Positions 61,678-64,000 of a stretch of DNA of 64,000 bases are shown piece by piece. The stretch is from the NCBI GenBank assembly GCA_002633005.1, contig NMRA01000142.1, positions 602,860 through 666,859 on the forward strand, given 5' to 3'. This DNA is from Phoronis australis. Taxonomy: Eukaryota > Animalia > Phoronida. The notes under the pieces were generated by a model. That model ran no database searches. It was not told the DNA's origin and saw only the letters and a list, made by a program, of their open reading frames with translations. The position numbers were made by a program, and so were the translations under genes. The number at the start of each line of letters is the position of its first letter. The first letter of the stretch is position 1.

Positions 61678-61864
61678 CCAGATATACTAAGTACCACGGC
61701 TTCATAGCCGTCCATGCCATACGTGGCAATGACTTTGCTGCCAACTTCTATATCTTCCACGCGACAAAATATATCTAAGGGAGCAACATCTGATGGCGAC
61801 AGCTCATCGAATGTCTTCACCTCCAACACACCATCGTCGGTGTACTCAATCAAAAAGTACACAC
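61678..61864 (-). other. Isolated exon-like fragment, probably of a transposon accessory gene
   Basis: AG/GT-bounded open frame YFLIEYTDDGVLEV...IEVGSKVIATYGMDGYEAVVLSISG|gtaag. The following exon-like pieces (61217-61480) carry stops. Confidence 0.3.
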
Positions 61865-62419
61865 CTGAAGGGCAATCAACAACGTACAGTTAACATAGGT
61901 TTCCCAGTTGCATGACTTTCGTGATCTAATCGTTGTTGCAGCTAGGCTACAGCTGTTTAAAATCCTAACATGCATGCAGTCATCTAGCATTGGGCCTGTC
62001 CTGCAAATGCATCGAGCATGTTATAGCATCAGTGTACCCCTTTTCGACCCCCCCCCTTTCAACCTATTTTTGGGCTTGCATATAAGTTACTGCAAAAGCT
62101 CTTATGATCTTATAAAACATATTTTCCAGGCTTTTGTGTTGTGTAGAAAATCGATCAAGAGGACAAAAAATAAACTTTGATTGAAGATCCACTCACTTGC
62201 CTCGAAACAATGTACTCACAATCAACCCCCCACTACCATTGTCTTCCAAAACACATGCTTCTGTATGTCGCTGCAACTTATTGCTGACAGTCAAATATAG
62301 TGATAATTTTAATTTAATTAACTTCTTGAAGCAAGTATTCGTTAGTAGTCTATGTTGTGCTCATATCCCAGCAGTTTTGTGCCCTTCTAAGTGTCTTTCT
62401 ACTATATGTGATAACTTAA

Positions 62420-62909
62420 GGTTACCTTTATTTTGAGTGATTCCAATCATGCCTCTGGTTTTGGAGTCCCTGTTTACTGTCTGCTCAGTCAGTTGATCAA
62501 AAGCGACGCGGTAGAAGCTGTAATCCTCATGTTGCTTCACACTAAAGCCAGTGCTAATCAAGGTCTCGTAAATCTGTGGGTGACTAGACTCCAGTTGACT
62601 CCTCTCGATCAAATATGCTGGCAGATACCTGGCATAATTCACCCTGTCATAAGCAAAATACCATGGCAGCATCGAATATAGTGTAGCGAGGTGTACATGG
62701 CACAGCCCTTCTCGGGTTGCTCTGAGGAACTGCAGCGGCAGCCCAACCATGTCCAAGTAAGATGACCAGAAATCATAAGTGGGATGACCCTCTCTCTGTT
62801 TCCCTATGAATCTGTCGTAACTTCCCAGGACGCTAACAGTCTGCTCTTCTTTTAGGCAGTCGACAGACTGGGTAGATGGACCCAATTCATCGAGACATTG
62901 ACCAAACAT
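62420..62909 (-). mobile_element. Academ-like transposase fragment (central region)
   Basis: FWSSYLDMV...LQFLRATREG..HVHL....MLPWYFAYDRVNYARYLPAY......HP.....GFSV.....F.RVAFDQLTEQTVNRDSKT.GMIGIT. Confidence 0.7.
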
Positions 62910-63719
62910 AGCCTATTTCACTAATTAAGATTCTTCATATTGTTGCCTTGATAACCTGAAGTAAGAAAGCAACAAGTTACAAAACACGACTTCAAAGCAC
63001 AAATTTGCCACAAAATTTAAAGAAATATTAGTCATTTTGTGGCACATAATCAAGCCTTGAAGAGCAGTTGGCTGTCAAACAAAAAAGCCTTTTCAAAAAT
63101 ATTTCAACTTTTTTTAGTCTAGTGTAAGATCATCTGAATGGGAAATTCACAGTAAAATAATTAGAATATTCCTAATATTTTTTGCACAACATCCTGAAAA
63201 TTGAACAAAGTTCCTTTTTTAGCAGCGTTTGTCAAAATGTATCAACGTTAAATCTTCACAAATTACAAAGTAGCCAGTTGAACATTCCTTTTAGTTCAGC
63301 AAAAGTCGCCATGTTGTTGGTGCCGCTGGAAATGAGACTAAGTCCAACGGGAATTCTCAGCACTTTTATCACTCAATAAGTAAGAACTGCAATGCTGAAA
63401 TTTGGTGGAAACTGTTGAATCGCACTGAATAGTAAGTAAAGATATGTCTTACTAATTTTCACCGTAAATTATCGGCGAAAATAATTTATACTAAGTTTTA
63501 AACTCGTAACTGATTCCGCTGTCGTCTAAGATGGCCGAACCGATCCAAACAAGTGAGCCAAATTTCGCCACAAAAATTGCAATAACTTTGCACTGCTTCG
63601 CTCGATTTTGATAATTATTCGATTTTTATTGAGTAGGATGCATTATCTTTCCGATGATAGTAGAAAATTTTTTCAAAACGAAAAAAAAATTTTGGTTCGA
63701 CTGCCCTACTCTGATCCGT

Positions 63720-63890
63720 TAGGAAAACTTAAAAGCTTCTTTGGGATGACAGTTTCAGTCTTTGCACTCAGTGTTGACCCATTTTTTGAGCTGTCAATAG
63801 CCTTGGACCTTGTAATCTGAGAAAATTCCAGGAGCTTCGAATTTTTAGATGAATCTGAGATATGGATGCAGCAAGAGGCAGACATCTTGC
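63720..63890 (-). mobile_element. Possible N-terminal fragment of the same Academ-like transposase
   Basis: MSASCCIHISDSSKNSKLLEFSQITRSKAIDSSK, on the same strand and upstream of the 62420-62909 fragment. Confidence 0.35.
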
Positions 63891-64000
63891 CAGAGTTGCT
63901 GTGCAGAGTCCAACACTCTTTCAATCATTCATCATGGCTTAGACAGTGTCCCAGCTGACACAAAACTGCTGTTTGCCATGCACAAAATAATGTCAAGAAC

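Overview
AT-rich eukaryotic genomic DNA with GT-AG spliceosomal introns and scaffold Ns. The transposon spectrum suggests a marine invertebrate (inference); no prokaryotic, rRNA, tRNA-gene or CRISPR features were seen. The one clearly intact host gene is a 16-exon PANK4 (41978-57235, +, 780 codons): a type II pantothenate kinase fused to a DUF89/ARMT1-like phosphatase, retaining the kinase Glu and Arg that human PANK4 has lost. Head-to-head with it is a multi-exon gene for a single-pass membrane protein (~36192-40135, -) with frameshifts. A terminal coding exon of an unidentified gene lies at 1866-2024. The stretches ~6-35 kb and 58.7-64 kb are patchworks of short decayed transposon fragments: Gypsy, THAP, Tc1, Ginger2/KRBA2-like integrase with a Ulp1-like domain (3' part tandemly triplicated), Kolobok, piggyBac, P2X7-C-like, Myb/SANT, Sola-like, Polinton protease, RTE LINE, Harbinger and Academ-like. 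Inside the patchwork, four short phase-compatible exons (29395-32251) join into a divergent NRF1/Ewg-like DNA-binding domain that the ORF track misses. MITEs include a CAGGG-terminated family with 6-bp target-site duplications. All family assignments come from motif recognition by eye and need HMM/BLAST confirmation.
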